This document shows, piece by piece, positions 29,676 through 32,000 of a DNA stretch of 32,000 nucleotides (position 1 is the first letter of the stretch; every line of letters starts with the position of its first letter). The translations under genes and the position numbers were made by a program. The DNA is from Stigmatella ashevillensis (GTDB taxonomy: Bacteria > Myxococcota > Myxococcia > Myxococcales > Myxococcaceae): contig NZ_JAQNDM010000002.1 of the NCBI RefSeq assembly GCF_028368975.1, positions 2,024,007-2,056,006 of the forward strand. The letters are read 5' to 3'. The notes beneath the pieces are model-generated. The model had not been told where the DNA came from and made no database searches. It saw only the letters and a program-made list of their open reading frames with translations.

Positions 29676-31390
29676 CGGGCGTAGTCTCCCGCCGGGACGG
29701 GCGCGGGAGCCGTACCGGCACCGAGCTCCGGGGCCCGGGGTTTCCAGGTCGCCTTGGACTGGGCGAGCATGACCCGCCAATCCGGGATGAGGGACGCCTC
29801 CGGGATGCTGTAGTGCTTGCGCCACCGCTCCAGGTAGTCCCCCTCCTCCCGTTGCCACCGCGCATCGTCCCAGCCCAGCTCCGACTGGCAGATGGAGCGG
29901 ATGCGGGGCAGGAAGGCCTGGGCCCCCGCCGGGACCAGCAACCCCAGGCGGACGCGCCGCAGGAGCAGATCGTCCAGGTGCACGACCCACTCGGATCGGG
30001 CTGCCCACCGCAGCTCGGCCCACAGCACGTTGCTGCCTGGAATGCGCTCCAACTCGCCGGGGGCCGCCGCCTGGATCAGCGCGAGCGAGTCCGCGCCGTA
30101 CTTGCCCGCCAACCGGCGGCGCTCCTCCTCCGGGACGCGCTCCCACACACTGCCCGAGGTCTCCATCTTGTTGAGGAGCGGCTGGTTGTGCTTGGGCATC
30201 TTGAAGCCCGGCAGGCGCTGACCGGCGGCCTTGAGCGCATCCCGGGCAATCAGCCGGAACGTCGTGAGCTTTCCGCCCGTCACCGTGATGAGGCCGTTCT
30301 CCTCCCACACGACGTGATCCCGCGTCTCCTTGGAGGGATCCGACTTGCCCGAGTTCACCACGGGCCGCACGCCGCTGTAGCTGGAGATGATGTCGTCCAG
30401 GGTGATTCGCAGCGTCGGGAAGCGCGCCTCCACGGCCGCCATCAGGTAGGCCACCTCCTGAGCAGAGATGGAGGGTTCTTGATCGAGCGGCAGGTCGTGA
30501 TCGAGATCCGTGGTGCCAACGACCGTCATCCCTTCCCAGGGGAAGACGAACATCACCCGGTGATCGATGGGGTGCTGAAGGGTGAAGGCCTCCTTCACCG
30601 GCAACCGCTCCGCGGAGAAGATGAGGTGACTGCCCCGCAGGGGGCGCATCCGAGGAGGCGCCTTCACCTGCTGGCGGAGCTGATCCGCCCAGACACCGGT
30701 CGCGTTGATGACCACGCGCGCGCGGCACTCGGCCACCTGTCCGCTGCCCGCCGTGTCCCGGACCCGGACCCCCACCACCTGCCCGCCTTCCTGAATCACT
30801 TCCGTGGCGGGGGCGTAGGTGACCACCGTGCCTCCCGCCTCCACCGCCTCCCGCATGACCCGGAGCACCAGCCGGGAGTCATCCGTCTGCGCGTCGTGGT
30901 AGCGGAATCCCCCCGCGAGCCCATACCGGTCCAGCTGCGGCACCTGCTCTCCGAACTGCTTCGCGCCGTGGTACTCGTGGTCCCAGCAGCCCGCCAGCAG
31001 ATCATACGCCAGCAGCCCCACCCCGAAGATCCAGATGCTGGGGCGATCGCCCACGTAGCTGGCCAGCATGAAGTCCAGGCGATCGACGAGCCCAGGCCCC
31101 TCCCGGATCAGCCGCTCCCGCTCGCGCACGGCGTGATAGGTCAACAGCACGTGCCCCTGGGCCAGGTAGCGCAAGCCCCCGTGGACCAGCTTGGAGGAGC
31201 GGCTGGAGGTGCCCCAGGCGATGTCCTTCTGCTCGACCAGCAGCGCCTTGAGCCCCGCTCGGGTCGCCTCGCGCAAGATGCCCGCCCCGGTGATGCCCCC
31301 TCCTACCACGATGAGGTCCCACGATTGGGAGAGACGGGCCCACACCTCCGCACGCGCTTGGCTGCTCGACATATCGCTCATTTTAACCAT
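29663..31390 (-). CDS. glpD: FAD-dependent glycerol-3-phosphate dehydrogenase/oxidase
   Basis: 575 aa. Dinucleotide-binding motif DLIVVGGGITGAGILREATRAGLKALLVEQKDIAWGTSSRSSKLVHGGLRYL, typical of GlpD/GlpO. Alternative ATG starts at 31381 and 31372. Confidence 0.85.
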   Translation of the reverse strand: MVKMSDMSSSQARAEVWARLSQSWDLIVVGGGITGAGILREATRAGLKALLVEQKDIAWGTSSRSSKLVHGGLRYLAQGHVLLTYHAVRERERLIREGPGLVDRLDFMLASYVGDRPSIWIFGVGLLAYDLLAGCWDHEYHGAKQFGEQVPQLDRYGLAGGFRYHDAQTDDSRLVLRVMREAVEAGGTVVTYAPATEVIQEGGQVVGVRVRDTAGSGQVAECRARVVINATGVWADQLRQQVKAPPRMRPLRGSHLIFSAERLPVKEAFTLQHPIDHRVMFVFPWEGMTVVGTTDLDHDLPLDQEPSISAQEVAYLMAAVEARFPTLRITLDDIISSYSGVRPVVNSGKSDPSKETRDHVVWEENGLITVTGGKLTTFRLIARDALKAAGQRLPGFKMPKHNQPLLNKMETSGSVWERVPEEERRRLAGKYGADSLALIQAAAPGELERIPGSNVLWAELRWAARSEWVVHLDDLLLRRVRLGLLVPAGAQAFLPRIRSICQSELGWDDARWQREEGDYLERWRKHYSIPEASLIPDWRVMLAQSKATWKPRAPELGAGTAPAPVPAGDYARPPA

Positions 31391-31485
31391 CTGCCCAGAC
31401 GGGCGTCATGCCGTCCGACAGATACATCGTTCCGCTGAAAATAGTGTGGAGAAGATGTGTTGCACGCCGGTCGGTCCTGACCCGG

Positions 31486-32000
31486 TCAAGGCGCTCCAGG
31501 TCCTTCGCTGGACACGTCCATCCGGTCGAATGCCCGCCCCAAGGCCATCACCCCCAGCCATATCTCCAGCGCCAGTCCTCCGGCCGCCGTGAGCCCCGCC
31601 ACGGGCAGTGCCCACACCCCCAGCCAGACCTCCAGCGTGAAGCCCACCAGGGCCGCCAAGATCGCCGCGGGCAACAACCCTCCCAGCAGCACCACCAACG
31701 AGCCGGCCAACATCAGCAGCCGCTGGCCCAACGCTTCGATTCCCCCGCGCGCCCGCTCTCCGTCCGCGGGCAGCCACGCGGGAAAGAGCACCACCGCGGC
31801 GTTCTGGACGAACAGCCCGCCCAGGCTCACGGCCGGCAGCAACGGCATCAGCCCCAATCCCGCCGCCAACAAAAACTCGGAGCTCCAACGTCCGGACATG
31901 TCCCCCGCCAGAACCAACGCGAGCGCCAGCAACCCGATCTGCATGACCGCCAGCAGCAACCCAGGCGCGAGCAGTTCCGCCGCGACCACCTGGCGCCCGG
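31486..32000 (-). CDS. Polytopic membrane protein, C-terminal part; the 5' end lies beyond the window
   Basis: The reading frame is open to position 32000. The sequence is strongly hydrophobic and helical (LLAPGLLLAVMQIGLLALALVLAG, LLMLAGSLVVLLGGLLPAAILAALVGF, LGVWALPVAGLTAAGGLALEIWLGV). No family recognised. Confidence 0.45.
   Translation of the reverse strand, partial: GRQVVAAELLAPGLLLAVMQIGLLALALVLAGDMSGRWSSEFLLAAGLGLMPLLPAVSLGGLFVQNAAVVLFPAWLPADGERARGGIEALGQRLLMLAGSLVVLLGGLLPAAILAALVGFTLEVWLGVWALPVAGLTAAGGLALEIWLGVMALGRAFDRMDVSSEGPGAP

Overview
This is a very GC-rich chromosomal segment (roughly two-thirds or more G+C by eye). The gene content (LpxI, DUF4388, frequent GTG/TTG starts, tight operons) suggests a myxobacterium-like deltaproteobacterial lineage; that lineage call is inference. 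The window is almost entirely core housekeeping.

About 23 kb (positions 1-23305) is one uninterrupted minus-strand gene array. In transcription order it contains:
- a TPR/zinc-ribbon membrane protein and a DUF4388 protein
- phoH, pgpH and a cupin-ybeY fusion
- a DUF4105 (Lnb-like) membrane protein
- prfB, with the classic +1 frameshift site
- an ECF sigma / anti-sigma pair
- lysS, a lolE-like permease and lolD
- bamA, skp, lpxD, fabZ, lpxA and lpxI
- a truncated secreted protein

The remainder carries mazG-VOC and rpsT on the plus strand, lptE, a zinc-ribbon membrane protein and leuS on the minus strand, an orphan secreted protein on the plus strand, and glpD plus a truncated membrane protein on the minus strand.

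I found no tRNA or rRNA genes, CRISPR arrays, transposases, integrases, toxin-antitoxin genes or recognisable defence genes, and I cannot honestly claim a clear novel system. The unusual items are domain architectures and gene-order departures:
- an N-terminally extended lolE-like permease
- a cupin-YbeY fusion and a MazG-VOC fusion
- an ECF sigma / tail-anchored ZAS pair wedged into the conserved prfB-lysS linkage, with a sigmaE-like promoter motif upstream
- an uncharacterised membrane-protein pair at the head of the phoH-pgpH-ybeY array

The many long plus-strand ORFs opposite these genes are GC-driven shadow ORFs. All functional calls rest on my recognition of motifs in the supplied translations; no database search was run.
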